Source of the DNA: a virus
IMG/VR virus record: IMGVR_UViG_3300027782_000054
Span: 31,175-95,174 of that record
Length of the DNA: 64,000 bases
Direction: 5' to 3' (one strand)
Below are positions 49,301 through 57,987 of this stretch, in pieces. A program made the translations under genes and the position numbers. The notes under the pieces are model-generated. The model ran no database searches. It saw only the letters and a program-made list of their open reading frames with translations, and was not told the DNA's origin. Each line of letters begins with the position of its first letter. Position 1 is the first letter of the stretch.

Positions 49301-49818
49301 TTGCCGATCTTCGTTCAAGAGATAAAGAACATATTAAGGATATCGAGAGTTTTTCAGATGAAGATGGTAACGTATACTTTGTCTACTCAGATGGCAAAAT
49401 CCATTGGGGTAAGTCAATTGACAACATCATTTCACAACATCTCAATCATAAACATGATACATACACACATCCAGTCTTGGTTGGTTCATTCAATTTAGAG
49501 ACAAAAAAGGTTAGATTTGAGTCCAAGACTGAGCTAAATCAGACTGCTTCTCTTAAGCAATCATTCTTGTCTGCCCTTAAGCGCAACTTTAACACTTACT
49601 TCCCTGATATTGACTATCCCAATGAAGATATTCTCCATTCTGATGAGGAAATTTACGATGTCAAGATGGGTTCTACTAAAAAAGACAATACAGAGTATGA
49701 TTTTGATGAAGAAAAAGATAGTGAATCATTTAAATCTTGGCTTAAGTACTTCAAATCTGATGAAAAAGATAGTTTTGAGTGGAAATTAAACAAGTGGGTT
49801 AAGAAAAAGTCATCTTAA
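46321..49818 (+). CDS. Polyvalent multidomain protein (Zn ribbons, ParB/Srx-like, HicA-like, ART-like)
   Basis: VDGYHR..A; GW....T..SHRKY...DPRALKNA.ADL; LYH..P.....I..HGIQP; leaderless start after TGCTATAAT. Confidence 0.65.
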   Translation: MDDCRECGYPIHIEIGICANCHSDTFTPPYKWDGQKPYWFGGDPDISAAEPIADVARDPLAFFNSSIDIWEKDADYGMTNFPASDPGSPTDNLKQNLDPMYNGLSYGADDAPGLLRRVRDRLHDKTRGLRHKNKGRRVRRRYKKPLFHDDASHAILLRDNNVNVYASKEEVPAIYDILPGPIPWAEIPQNDDKLVIDDVIDYGMVPEDTQWKICAVPLKLLPDIHFEDYDDETGSRDREYVEDLAAAIKSGEVDMPLMCFLDKSGGVILVDGYHRTAALNELGYEYAKAYMPYEDKKFKKIESNVKITARDPIQQIANDNGWTLEGLTANSHRKYTLTDLNRIVHTVIVGDNRHMGDPRALKNATADLLRCTRGGCIHVLQQQNRNVKNPNVKIAQPAILEAPDIQIGEIQGFDFENWAVSDHGWRSYYWLPAFDCFKDKDPQMYQDLIKAYFSPSNITWLDAKEFLLQLAQGMINRDDNPPGSREKGNKIMSIVQTVAEGQELSTTIPTNNNNLDPKWDWLLVIEMVDNAHESHIKISEVKPVIIKGIHDDAKKVLHKFWEDHPDLRKGCLDKYGYDPIDDELPYWYYGLAEPEHHMILEDVLKNDGFIDLEQANRWTKSELAAEKKEAHIKISEQAFDQETNTNRIMDMLFPKDMSEPINEPLYHLAPTSERARIMAHGIQPSKPFGSENWGDAKGLLNQPMAVYAVKAEDIEEIKKLYYWNNIKELDLWEIDPESVGGAKRDKVLIGSQSYTIPHMVYATLVQPYEKSEEFDEVAYLKDYPDENKIESGCACGSKDYVLLDKDKVCKHCLSPWRYAEKEPGWGGSAMQNQQYRMNTRGTYNPMTDQFQIPVKAITERSVRQKKCPSCNTRTLTNCGDFLSCDLCPFEYSLVQDKESNNVADNDSSSRYIHIDHVDLGSSLKAEKDYQDTHESCKTCKINKAGLTGYCPSCNKERKYVTAHIWEKEADITQNDISDSLTNTTDLHAFTDDTLADLRSRDKEHIKDIESFSDEDGNVYFVYSDGKIHWGKSIDNIISQHLNHKHDTYTHPVLVGSFNLETKKVRFESKTELNQTASLKQSFLSALKRNFNTYFPDIDYPNEDILHSDEEIYDVKMGSTKKDNTEYDFDEEKDSESFKSWLKYFKSDEKDSFEWKLNKWVKKKSS

Positions 49819-49876
49819 TTATACCTCATATCTTATTATTAATAGATGGAGATAGCTTTCAAGTCTGGAGTACACA

Positions 49877-52084
49877 ATGCAGAAGTTTTTGCAATATATA
49901 AATATCGATTATGCTAATGATCTCCTCCAAAAGAGGAGATTTTTTTATGCCATTTTGACCATTATTACGATGGTTCTAGCTATACCTGCCGGTCTTTATG
50001 CGGATAACCCATTGGATCCAGTAGCTAAGGCTCAGGCTAATCTTAATACTGCTCAACAAAAGCTTGATAAACTTCAAGCTGCACTGGCTGTTGCAAAAGG
50101 CGATATAAAAACATATCAATCTGCATCACAAACAGCTGGAAATAGCCTTGTTACACAGAAACAGATACTAAATGATGCAACAAGCAAATTAGTAGTGTTT
50201 AAATCTATTTTTGATGACAAGCAATCTATACAAAAGAAAGTATCTGATGCTTTTGATACTCAAAATACCGTATTAAATCAAGCTAGAAATGATCTAGTGT
50301 CTGCTCAAGGAGCATATAATACGGCTAAAAGTAACTTTGATGGGCAATCACAAGTTGTTACAAATGCACAAGTTAATTTAAATATCGCAAATCAATCTGC
50401 AATAATAGCATCGTCAGCAGTTAGCAAGGCCCAATCTGACTTCCTCCAAGTTAAAGCAATTGCTGATTCAGCTAGAGAGATACAACAGTCAGCACAAAAT
50501 GCCTATAGTGATCATTCAAACTATATTCCAGATCCCACTGCATCACCGGCTTATCCTGGTTTGCATGTAGATGTATATAACAAGACTTCTAATTCATGGG
50601 ACAGAACAGCAACCGGAAATGTTTTATGTACTTCCACTATACTTATAGATGAACTGGCTTCTGTATGGGGTGGTGGAAACCTCTTAGGTTGTGGAAATAA
50701 CAATATTTTGGTTCATTTTCATGGATATATGACCTTCCCATCAGATACAACGGCTAACTTCTTAGGTATGGCAGATGATGGTTTTTATATGGAAATTGAT
50801 GATCAAGTTGTTATTAATGATTGGTATGCAAAGGGTTGCGGTGGATCAATATCTCCTACGGTTAATTTTGAAGCGAATATACCGCGTAAAATTGATGCTT
50901 GGTATTTTCAAGCTGGTGGAGGTGCCTGTCTCTCATTGCAATACTACACCACTGCTAATGGATGGAACAACGTATCTCCTGAGACATTTACTCAAAGTGC
51001 GCCACAAATGATGGCTGACCCTGCTCTTTTAGCAATATTAACTTCTTCCAATCTAATGTTAACTTTATATGAAGCACAACAATCTGATGCACAAAGCACT
51101 GTAACTCAAGCTAATACAGCATTAAGTACTGCTCAATCAGATTCAGTCACCAAACAATCTGCATTTAACAATGAAAGCTCAAAACTAAATACACTGGCAT
51201 CTACAAGAGATAGTGCAGATCAATCGGTACAGTCTAATAGTGACAATGTTTCAGTACACCAAGATGCCTTAAATAGCTTAAATACAACTAAAATTCAAAC
51301 ACAATCTGATTTAGATATGGCTCAAAATGATTTAAAGGCACAACAATCTAATGTTGATACTGCAACAGTCTTCTTAAATACACAACAACAACTCCAACAA
51401 ACTGCTGATAGTCAGCTTACAGTTGCAAGAAAGACTGAAACAGAATTATTGGCAGAATTAGATCAAGCTCATAAGGATGTCAATCAAGCATTAGATGAAT
51501 TAGCCAAAGCACAGAAAGATACTCAGGAGATCAAACAGAAGGAAAATTCAACAATCCCGATCAATCCTCCTAATACTCCACCGCCTCCCCCTACAACCCC
51601 TCCTGTGGCTCCACAGCCACCACCAAATAATCCTCAAGATAACCAGAATAGCCCACCGCAGGATAATCCAGGGACAACAACAGATCAAAATGCTACACCA
51701 CAAGATCAAGGAACATCAACAACAGACACAACTGCTACGACAACAACAGACAATAGCTCAACTGTTGTAGCTAATAATAGCGATAATTCTTCAAATAATA
51801 ATACACCACAAGATAATTCAATACTACCAGAGGATAGAATACCACCTCCACCTAAGCCAAGCGCAGCAACTAAAGCTGTGGCAAAAAAGTTTGATTCTGT
51901 AATTCCAGGTGCTGGTAAGGCAATCCTTGCAGTAGTAAGTCTAGGAAGCGATATGACTCCTAGAGAAAGAGAAAAAGCGCAACAAGTGGTAATCCCAGCA
52001 GTTATCGTCATGGGAATAATTAATGCAGTGAGTGCAGCCGCTGGCGCTGCTGCCGCTGGAGCAAGCTTAAGGAGAAAGATATGA
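49877..52084 (+). CDS. Membrane-anchored coiled-coil protein with PA14 domain
   Basis: N-terminal TM; F.GY...ADDGFYM.ID..VINDW...WYFQ.GGGA PA14 motif; P/T/N linker; C-terminal DMTPREREKAQQVVIPAVIV TM. Confidence 0.75.
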   Translation: MQKFLQYINIDYANDLLQKRRFFYAILTIITMVLAIPAGLYADNPLDPVAKAQANLNTAQQKLDKLQAALAVAKGDIKTYQSASQTAGNSLVTQKQILNDATSKLVVFKSIFDDKQSIQKKVSDAFDTQNTVLNQARNDLVSAQGAYNTAKSNFDGQSQVVTNAQVNLNIANQSAIIASSAVSKAQSDFLQVKAIADSAREIQQSAQNAYSDHSNYIPDPTASPAYPGLHVDVYNKTSNSWDRTATGNVLCTSTILIDELASVWGGGNLLGCGNNNILVHFHGYMTFPSDTTANFLGMADDGFYMEIDDQVVINDWYAKGCGGSISPTVNFEANIPRKIDAWYFQAGGGACLSLQYYTTANGWNNVSPETFTQSAPQMMADPALLAILTSSNLMLTLYEAQQSDAQSTVTQANTALSTAQSDSVTKQSAFNNESSKLNTLASTRDSADQSVQSNSDNVSVHQDALNSLNTTKIQTQSDLDMAQNDLKAQQSNVDTATVFLNTQQQLQQTADSQLTVARKTETELLAELDQAHKDVNQALDELAKAQKDTQEIKQKENSTIPINPPNTPPPPPTTPPVAPQPPPNNPQDNQNSPPQDNPGTTTDQNATPQDQGTSTTDTTATTTTDNSSTVVANNSDNSSNNNTPQDNSILPEDRIPPPPKPSAATKAVAKKFDSVIPGAGKAILAVVSLGSDMTPREREKAQQVVIPAVIVMGIINAVSAAAGAAAAGASLRRKI

Positions 52085-52551
52085 AACTAATTAAAAAGAT
52101 ATTCAAAAAGACACTATTCAAGTCATTGTACCTAATTGTAGAAGCAACATTTGTCTTATGTAAAGGACTTAATGTTCTATTTAATGCAATTAAATTCATT
52201 TTTAATATAATAAATACAATTTTTATTAAAATAATTAAGTTTTTATTCCTTTTATTGATTGATTTAATAAAGTTTAGTCACTTTATTGCCGGAAAGCCTT
52301 TATTCAAGCTGTTTTTAATAATCATTAAAATATTGATAAAGTTGGTTAAACTCCTGTTTAACGTGTTTAAAAAGTTTATTAAAGGCTTTTTTAAATGGGT
52401 AAAAGAGATTATAGAGCAAGCATGGACTCTGCTTGGTATGTTTGTGGCATGGATTGTCTTGACTGGATCCTCCAAAGCAATCGTTGGTTATGCTATAATC
52501 GTTATTTTATTAATATGGTTATTAACTCTTAACTGGCGTAATAAAGATTAG
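52081..52551 (+). CDS. Membrane protein coupled to the PA14 protein
   Basis: ATGA overlap; QAWTLLGMFVAWIVL.GS.K.IVGYAI C-terminal TMs; K/I/F/L-rich N-terminus. Confidence 0.65.
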   Translation: MKLIKKIFKKTLFKSLYLIVEATFVLCKGLNVLFNAIKFIFNIINTIFIKIIKFLFLLLIDLIKFSHFIAGKPLFKLFLIIIKILIKLVKLLFNVFKKFIKGFFKWVKEIIEQAWTLLGMFVAWIVLTGSSKAIVGYAIIVILLIWLLTLNWRNKD

Positions 52552-52552
52552 A

Positions 52553-52580
52553 TTGACAAGGCCCATCCATGTGATACAAT
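52553..52580 (+). promoter_or_regulatory. Promoter TTGACA-N16-TACAAT, leaderless to 52587
   Basis: Near-consensus with extended -10. Confidence 0.65.
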
Positions 52581-52586
52581 GCATGG

Positions 52587-52895
52587 ATGGGCTTATTTGA
52601 TTATATTATTGTAGAAACTGATATTCCTGGTTATGAATCAACAGAGGACTCTAATCCAGATTTTCAGACTAAATCGCTAGATTCTCTTATGGAATCCTAT
52701 AGAATCACCAAAGATGGCGATCTATTAAGAAAACCCTATAATTCTGATATCTGGCAGGTAGTCCAATATCATGGCATTATTAATTTCTATGACCAGGGTA
52801 ATGATAACGTGTGGCGTGAATACTATGCCAAGTTTACTGATGGCAAGCTAGTTTCTATCACTAAAGAAGATCCTCAAGAGACTGATAGTGTCTAG
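52587..52895 (+). CDS. Conserved phage hypothetical protein
   Basis: MGLFDYI...FQTKSLD..M..Y.I..DG.L...F.DGKL pattern. Confidence 0.7.
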   Translation: MGLFDYIIVETDIPGYESTEDSNPDFQTKSLDSLMESYRITKDGDLLRKPYNSDIWQVVQYHGIINFYDQGNDNVWREYYAKFTDGKLVSITKEDPQETDSV

Positions 52896-53073
52896 ATGGT
52901 CTAAGATCAGAAACCCAGATCATCTTATATGCGATGCATGTGAGAGTTCTGGTGTTGAAACAGACATGTATCGGAAGAGAGGCGGCGATGACCGCCTTTG
53001 TGTGTTATGCTTGATCACCTACTTCGATTCCGACCCAAGGAGTGACCTAGATGCAGAGTTTCCTTCCTTATAG
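52888..53073 (+). CDS. Small zinc-finger protein
   Basis: CDAC...LCVLC. Confidence 0.5.
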   Translation: MSRWSKIRNPDHLICDACESSGVETDMYRKRGGDDRLCVLCLITYFDSDPRSDLDAEFPSL

Positions 53074-53473
53074 CGATTTCATTAAGAGTGCCAAGGTGCT
53101 GGACTATAGACGCTGCGGAAAGCAGCGCATTGAAGCGCTACAGATGCTTCAGGCTATGGATCGCACAGAAGGTGGTTGGATCAATCATCCCTGTACCAAG
53201 ATGTGGTCTAGTCATCCTCTTGCCCTTGCCGCATATGGTCTGGTAATGTGCAATGAATGGGTCAGTCGTGGCTACAAAGACACTATGACTGAGCGTTTTG
53301 AGAATATCCTTGGCAAGCATTCGCTTCATGACATTGAAATGCCCGATTGGTTGGGCAATGATGACATTCATGCTAGCCATCGTTCCAACCTGCTTCGCAA
53401 GGATCCTGTATACTACGGTCAGTTCAAGTGGTCTGAGCCAGATGATCTGCCCTACGTTTGGCCCGTAAACTGA
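53051..53473 (+). CDS. Pyrimidine-dimer DNA glycosylase/DenV-like protein (MSMEG_6728 family)
   Basis: MQSFLPY...LDYRR.GKQRIE..Q, NHP..KMW and SHRSNLLRKDP.YY motifs. Confidence 0.85.
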   Translation: MQSFLPYSDFIKSAKVLDYRRCGKQRIEALQMLQAMDRTEGGWINHPCTKMWSSHPLALAAYGLVMCNEWVSRGYKDTMTERFENILGKHSLHDIEMPDWLGNDDIHASHRSNLLRKDPVYYGQFKWSEPDDLPYVWPVN

Positions 53474-53507
53474 CATATAATTAGCATCACCGTGTCATGG
53501 TTGTACC

Positions 53508-53536
53508 TTGACACTATGGAACATAGATGCTAAACT
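53508..53536 (+). promoter_or_regulatory. Promoter TTGACA-N17-TAAACT
   Basis: Consensus -35 and extended -10. Confidence 0.6.
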
Positions 53537-53647
53537 GGTCTATGTAAACGAAAGGAGACTAATGCAAATTTCATTTGCTGGTCATTATCGAAGTACGAAT
53601 CGCCGTTATGTTATGAAAGAATACGGTGATGGTAGTCTGGGGGGTAT

Positions 53648-54145
53648 GTGATGCGTAGATCAACTTCTATCGTCATCCTTTCAGTGACTATTCTACTGTC
53701 TACAGGAGTTCAAGCAATGGCAGCTGTCAATCCGTTTAGTGCCATTGATCTTCTTGTTGCTAATAGAAATGTAGTTCGTAAGAAAGTTAGTCGTAACCTT
53801 CAAATAGAGAGGGCAATTCGTAAGGTATTTGGCCCTCAACATGATGATACAGCAATCTGTATCGCTAATGCTGAATCAAGTGGCCCTGGTCCACAGGGTT
53901 ATTGGAGGCCCGGTATGGTAATGAGGTTTAACACCTCTGCATGGTCACAAACTGGTGATCATGGTCTATTCCAGGCCAACTATCTTGCTCATCATTGGCC
54001 GCATGAGAGTGAAAAAGTATTCCATGCGCGTATGAGTCAGACATGGTATAATATCAATTGGGCCTATAAACTGTCTAGAGATGGCAAGAGCTTTGCCGCA
54101 TGGACAGGAACATATGGCCGTGGTCTATGTCACGGACTAAGCTAA
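53648..54145 (+). CDS. Secreted lysozyme-like/lytic transglycosylase
   Basis: Signal peptide; AICIANAESS catalytic Glu; GLFQ motif. Confidence 0.7.
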   Translation: MMRRSTSIVILSVTILLSTGVQAMAAVNPFSAIDLLVANRNVVRKKVSRNLQIERAIRKVFGPQHDDTAICIANAESSGPGPQGYWRPGMVMRFNTSAWSQTGDHGLFQANYLAHHWPHESEKVFHARMSQTWYNINWAYKLSRDGKSFAAWTGTYGRGLCHGLS

Positions 54146-54157
54146 AGTAAGCATTGC

Positions 54158-54182
54158 GGGGGAGGGCGAAAGCCCTCCCCTT
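54158..54182 (+). terminator. GC-rich hairpin with GAAA tetraloop (terminator-like)
   Basis: GGGGAGGGC-GAAA-GCCCTCCCC, immediately followed by a TTGACA. Confidence 0.6.
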
Positions 54183-54252
54183 GACATTGACGATCACTAT
54201 GCTAAGATGGGATGAGTATGAAAGATTCTATCCCCTTCAAGGAGATTTTAAG

Positions 54253-54351
54253 ATGAATGATCTGAGTAAACTGACAGACAACGACCTGATCTTTGAGATC
54301 CGCAGGCTGCGGGAAGCGATGGAGGGAATCAAGATCGAGGCGGAGTCGTGA
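54253..54351 (+). CDS. Small hypothetical protein
   Basis: AAGGAG SD; MNDLSKLTDNDLIFEIRRLR. Confidence 0.45.
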   Translation: MNDLSKLTDNDLIFEIRRLREAMEGIKIEAES

Positions 54352-54647
54352 GCGGGCTACCCGAACTGCGGTCGCTGCTTGCACGGGTGCAGTCTGCGCC
54401 ACTGATCGCACCGTCCCGGCACAGCACAACGATGTGGGTGCCGTACCGTCATGTGGACGAATCAGACTGGCAGAAGCTCTCCGCCGCTGTTGCCGCTCTC
54501 ATTGCCGTCGTAGACGCAGCAGAGGAAGTGCTGGACTTCTTACCATTGTTGGACGAGAATGAACGATGGGACGCAAGCATCACCGCTCTCCGTGCTGCTG
54601 TCAATGCAGCGAAGGAGGAAGGACATAATGAGTTGGAAAATTATTGA
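54348..54647 (+). CDS. Hypothetical protein (GC-rich)
   Basis: GTGA overlap; helical Ala-rich sequence. Confidence 0.55.
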   Translation: MSGLPELRSLLARVQSAPLIAPSRHSTTMWVPYRHVDESDWQKLSAAVAALIAVVDAAEEVLDFLPLLDENERWDASITALRAAVNAAKEEGHNELENY

Positions 54648-54930
54648 AAGAATTTCAGATAAGTATCCTGGCAGCATTGTCAGGGTATTATCAGGCGGAC
54701 AACTGGATGAGAATACTCGTTTTACCTACTTCTGGGATGAGAAGTATAATGGTTGGAGCGTCATTCAGGAAGAACATAACAGTAAATCTGACATATGGTT
54801 CGTCATCAACATTGACAAGGCTCAGGATGAATGGTATCTTGAGAGTCATGTCCCGGTTGCAATCGCAACATGGGTAAGTAGATATCAGCAACAACAGGAG
54901 ATTAGAAATGAAAATCAAGATGCAGAATGA
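54628..54930 (+). CDS. Hypothetical protein
   Basis: AGGAGG SD before MSWKII. Confidence 0.55.
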   Translation: MSWKIIERISDKYPGSIVRVLSGGQLDENTRFTYFWDEKYNGWSVIQEEHNSKSDIWFVINIDKAQDEWYLESHVPVAIATWVSRYQQQQEIRNENQDAE

Positions 54931-55120
54931 TTTTGATATGTGTGATCATGGTAATGTTTTTACTCTTGATCCCAATAATTCTGAAGCTACTGAATGGATC
55001 ATTGAAAATCTTCCGGATGCTGCTCCATGGGGTTCAGGCGTAGTTATTGAGCATGGATATGTCAATGACATCCTTGACGGCATTGATCTTTGTGGCTATA
55101 CTGTTTCCATCCAAAATTAA
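54908..55120 (+). CDS. Hypothetical protein
   Basis: AGGAG SD; 70 aa. Confidence 0.6.
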   Translation: MKIKMQNDFDMCDHGNVFTLDPNNSEATEWIIENLPDAAPWGSGVVIEHGYVNDILDGIDLCGYTVSIQN

Positions 55121-55122
55121 CG

Positions 55123-55677
55123 ATGACCGTGGTTGAGAAGAAGAAGAGAGGTAGACCAAGAACTCGTCCTGTAAAGTTTACAGAAGATGAGCGTCGTCTA
55201 CTCGCGTATCCTCCTACTACTCAAACATGGATCTGCGTTAATAGATATGGAGAAGGGAATACCTTATGTGAACTTCCTAATGCTGGCTATCAGGATAAGT
55301 GTTGGGGTTGCGGTACACCCAAATCAGAGAAATCCTTGCTAGCATGGGATCTTTATGTTAAGGTATGTGAGAAGGTTGGGGTCGATCCTAGCCTTCGTAA
55401 GTCAGTAGATATCAATAACTACAATATTAAAGGAGGTGAAGAAGTGCCACTATTCCGCCGTCGCAAGAAGGAGACTGCTGTCGTTTTTGATGAGCCGCTA
55501 CAGACCCCGGTTGAAACACCGGCTGCTGTTAAAGCTACCGTCACGAAGTCAAGCCGTAAGCCTCGCACTACCAATCAGGCTACCGCCAAGGCAACATCAA
55601 CGACTGCTAAGACAACTTCCGGTACAGCTACTAATAAGCCTGTAATCAAAAAGACTGTCACACGCAAGTCATCATAG
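55123..55677 (+). CDS. AT-hook/zinc-finger protein with basic histone-like tail
   Basis: KRGRPR; W.C...C..PN....CWGCG; K/T/A-rich C-terminus. Confidence 0.6.
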   Translation: MTVVEKKKRGRPRTRPVKFTEDERRLLAYPPTTQTWICVNRYGEGNTLCELPNAGYQDKCWGCGTPKSEKSLLAWDLYVKVCEKVGVDPSLRKSVDINNYNIKGGEEVPLFRRRKKETAVVFDEPLQTPVETPAAVKATVTKSSRKPRTTNQATAKATSTTAKTTSGTATNKPVIKKTVTRKSS

Positions 55678-55747
55678 TCTGATACAATGGTGGGGCGCGA
55701 CACACACAACGCGCATTTTATCTTTATTCATATAGAAGGAGACAGTT

Positions 55748-56074
55748 ATGCAGACTGAGTATAATCCTGGTAATCCTGGCGCAACTCTATCTCAGCTTCG
55801 TCTTGACGGTTACCGCGTATTCGCTTCTCACCGGCGTCCCATGAAGAATATAGAGACTCCTTATCTTATGTTCTCTCATCATGAAATGAAGAACATGGGT
55901 TTTAATCTAAGTGAGGATTGGGCTGTCCGTGGTGGTCAGACTACGGTACACATCTACCTTGGAGATACTCTCCTTGGGTATGGTGAGGCTCGTTGTTGCG
56001 ATAAGGATCCATTCAATAAGAAGCGTGGCCTCATCATTGCTCTTGGCCGCGCACTCGCTGAAACCAACCTTTAA
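55748..56074 (+). CDS. Conserved phage hypothetical protein
   Basis: RGG.T.V...G.ARC..KD.FNKKRGL.IALGRA motif. Confidence 0.7.
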   Translation: MQTEYNPGNPGATLSQLRLDGYRVFASHRRPMKNIETPYLMFSHHEMKNMGFNLSEDWAVRGGQTTVHIYLGDTLLGYGEARCCDKDPFNKKRGLIIALGRALAETNL

Positions 56075-56090
56075 GTAGAGAGGGTTTGCC

Positions 56091-56231
56091 ATGAAGAAAG
56101 CCAGTAAAATTAAAGCCCTTTTGGGCAGACCCTTGACACAGCCCACTGGTAACGGCTATCATAAGGATAGGCGCACCAAGCGTGAGCAGAACACATTGCA
56201 GAAGGAACTGAATCACTATGAAGATAAATGA
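56091..56231 (+). CDS. Small basic protein (46 aa, not in ORF track)
   Basis: MKKASKIKALLGRPLTQPTGNGYHKDRRTKR...; GAGGG SD. Confidence 0.45.
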   Translation: MKKASKIKALLGRPLTQPTGNGYHKDRRTKREQNTLQKELNHYEDK

Positions 56232-56634
56232 GCCTTCTCTTGATAGGGCAGTAAAGATGGCGCAGAGATCTCCTCAGAAAAGATTCATGACTGGTGCAGT
56301 CATTGCCAGGGGAGACAGGGAGGTATCTACGGGATGGTCACATATGTCATCCCTTCGACTGAGTACGGTATCTAGTATTCATGCAGAGATCCATGCTCTT
56401 GGTCGTGGTAGGCATGTTGATCTTTATGAGGCAGTTGCATATATTGCAAATATTTCTCGCAAGTCAGGCAATGTAACTCTTGCCAAGCCATGCTTTAGTT
56501 GTGCTATCTCATTGTACGCAGCAGGTATTCGCTACGCTGTCTACACCATTGACAAGTCGAACTATGGTGTGCTAGACTTGACGAAAGACCTTAGTGGACT
56601 CAAGGTGTATGAGATTCACAAACCAAAAGACTAA
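56218..56634 (+). CDS. Cytidine/dCMP deaminase-family protein
   Basis: GAVI, HAE and KPCFSC zinc motifs. Confidence 0.85.
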   Translation: MKINEPSLDRAVKMAQRSPQKRFMTGAVIARGDREVSTGWSHMSSLRLSTVSSIHAEIHALGRGRHVDLYEAVAYIANISRKSGNVTLAKPCFSCAISLYAAGIRYAVYTIDKSNYGVLDLTKDLSGLKVYEIHKPKD

Positions 56635-57046
56635 AATATGACAGATAATCGCACACAACTATTAGAAGATATCGCACAAGCTGCACAGCGTCTTGTAGAT
56701 TCCAATGAAAGCAACTCTCTTACTAAGCATATGAATGGTACACAGCTTCTTAATTGGGATGCTATCATTGGTAGACTATCCCATCTTAAAGATAAATAGG
56801 AGGATATTATGGAGCATTACTGTGTTGAGTGCAAGAAAGACTTTAAGGGAGATATTTGCCCCTCTTGTCGTCGTAGCGTAAAGTTTTCTCCTTCCAGCAT
56901 GTTCCTGGCTCTTGTCAAATGAGAATTGAATTTCTAAAGAGCTATACTTGTGACAATCTAAATAGAGACTATTATGGTTGCACCCTTATCGTTCGTATCT
57001 TTAAAATTCAATTTGAATTGATTATCGCTAAACGTAGGAATAAGTA

Positions 57047-57403
57047 ATGTCAATCGTTCATCGCACACCCAAGAAGAAGGAAGATCTTAAGGCATCTTCA
57101 AAGGTAGTCGCGCCAAAGCCTGCTACTGTATCATATAAAGAGGGAGATACAGTAGATAGAGTCAAGACCAGCCAAATATCTAAAAGAAAAATTTTGGCAC
57201 AAAAGACTATTGATGGTCAAGACTATATTCTAGAGAGTGTACCGACAGGCTTTGAGTTAAGGGGACATTCGTATCAGTATACAAATCAATACTATGTTGT
57301 ACGTTATTTAAAAAACAATAGATGGCATGGACATATCTTTAGGGGAGCCAAGTCAGAGACTGAGGCAAAGTTATGCTATAGTCATATGCCAATGGAAGGG
57401 TAA
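57047..57403 (+). CDS. Hypothetical basic protein
   Basis: 118-aa ORF with SD. Confidence 0.6.
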   Translation: MSIVHRTPKKKEDLKASSKVVAPKPATVSYKEGDTVDRVKTSQISKRKILAQKTIDGQDYILESVPTGFELRGHSYQYTNQYYVVRYLKNNRWHGHIFRGAKSETEAKLCYSHMPMEG

Positions 57404-57406
57404 TCA

Positions 57407-57967
57407 ATGTCGCAATTTGTTGAACAAGGACATCTAGGTGGATATATTCAAGGTGGAGATGAAGCAACTTGGTATCCTGAGCTATGGACTTGGCTTGTAG
57501 AAGAAAAGGGAGTCAAGACTGTCCTTGATGTAGGATGTGGGGAAGGTCTGACTGTAGACTATTTCAGTAACCTTGGCTGTGAAGCTATTGGCATTGAAGG
57601 AGTAGAGCAGGATCATCCTAGTATCATTCAGCAGGATTTTACTCTTGGTGAAGCAGACCTTGATAGACAAGGATATGACCTTGTCTGGTCATGTGAATTT
57701 GTAGAGCATGTTGAAGAGAAATATATGCACAATTTCCTTGATGCATTTAAAAGAGGCAAGATCGTTCTGATGACTCATGCTGCCCCTGGACAAGCAGGCT
57801 ACAATCATGTAAACTGCCAGGATCAGAGCTACTGGGTTGGAGTAATGGCAGGCATTGGCTATAAGTTAGATGAAGAACTGACCACTCTCACTAGAGGGAT
57901 GGCAGCATTCAATCAATCGCCATGGAACCATTATAAAAGATCTGGCCTAGCTTTTGTTAAACGATAA
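57407..57967 (+). CDS. Class I SAM methyltransferase (glycan-associated type)
   Basis: VLDVGCGEG, DLVWSCEFVEH and APGQ.G.NHVNCQ..YW motifs. Confidence 0.85.
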   Translation: MSQFVEQGHLGGYIQGGDEATWYPELWTWLVEEKGVKTVLDVGCGEGLTVDYFSNLGCEAIGIEGVEQDHPSIIQQDFTLGEADLDRQGYDLVWSCEFVEHVEEKYMHNFLDAFKRGKIVLMTHAAPGQAGYNHVNCQDQSYWVGVMAGIGYKLDEELTTLTRGMAAFNQSPWNHYKRSGLAFVKR

Positions 57968-57987
57968 AGTCAAACAAGAGGAATCAA

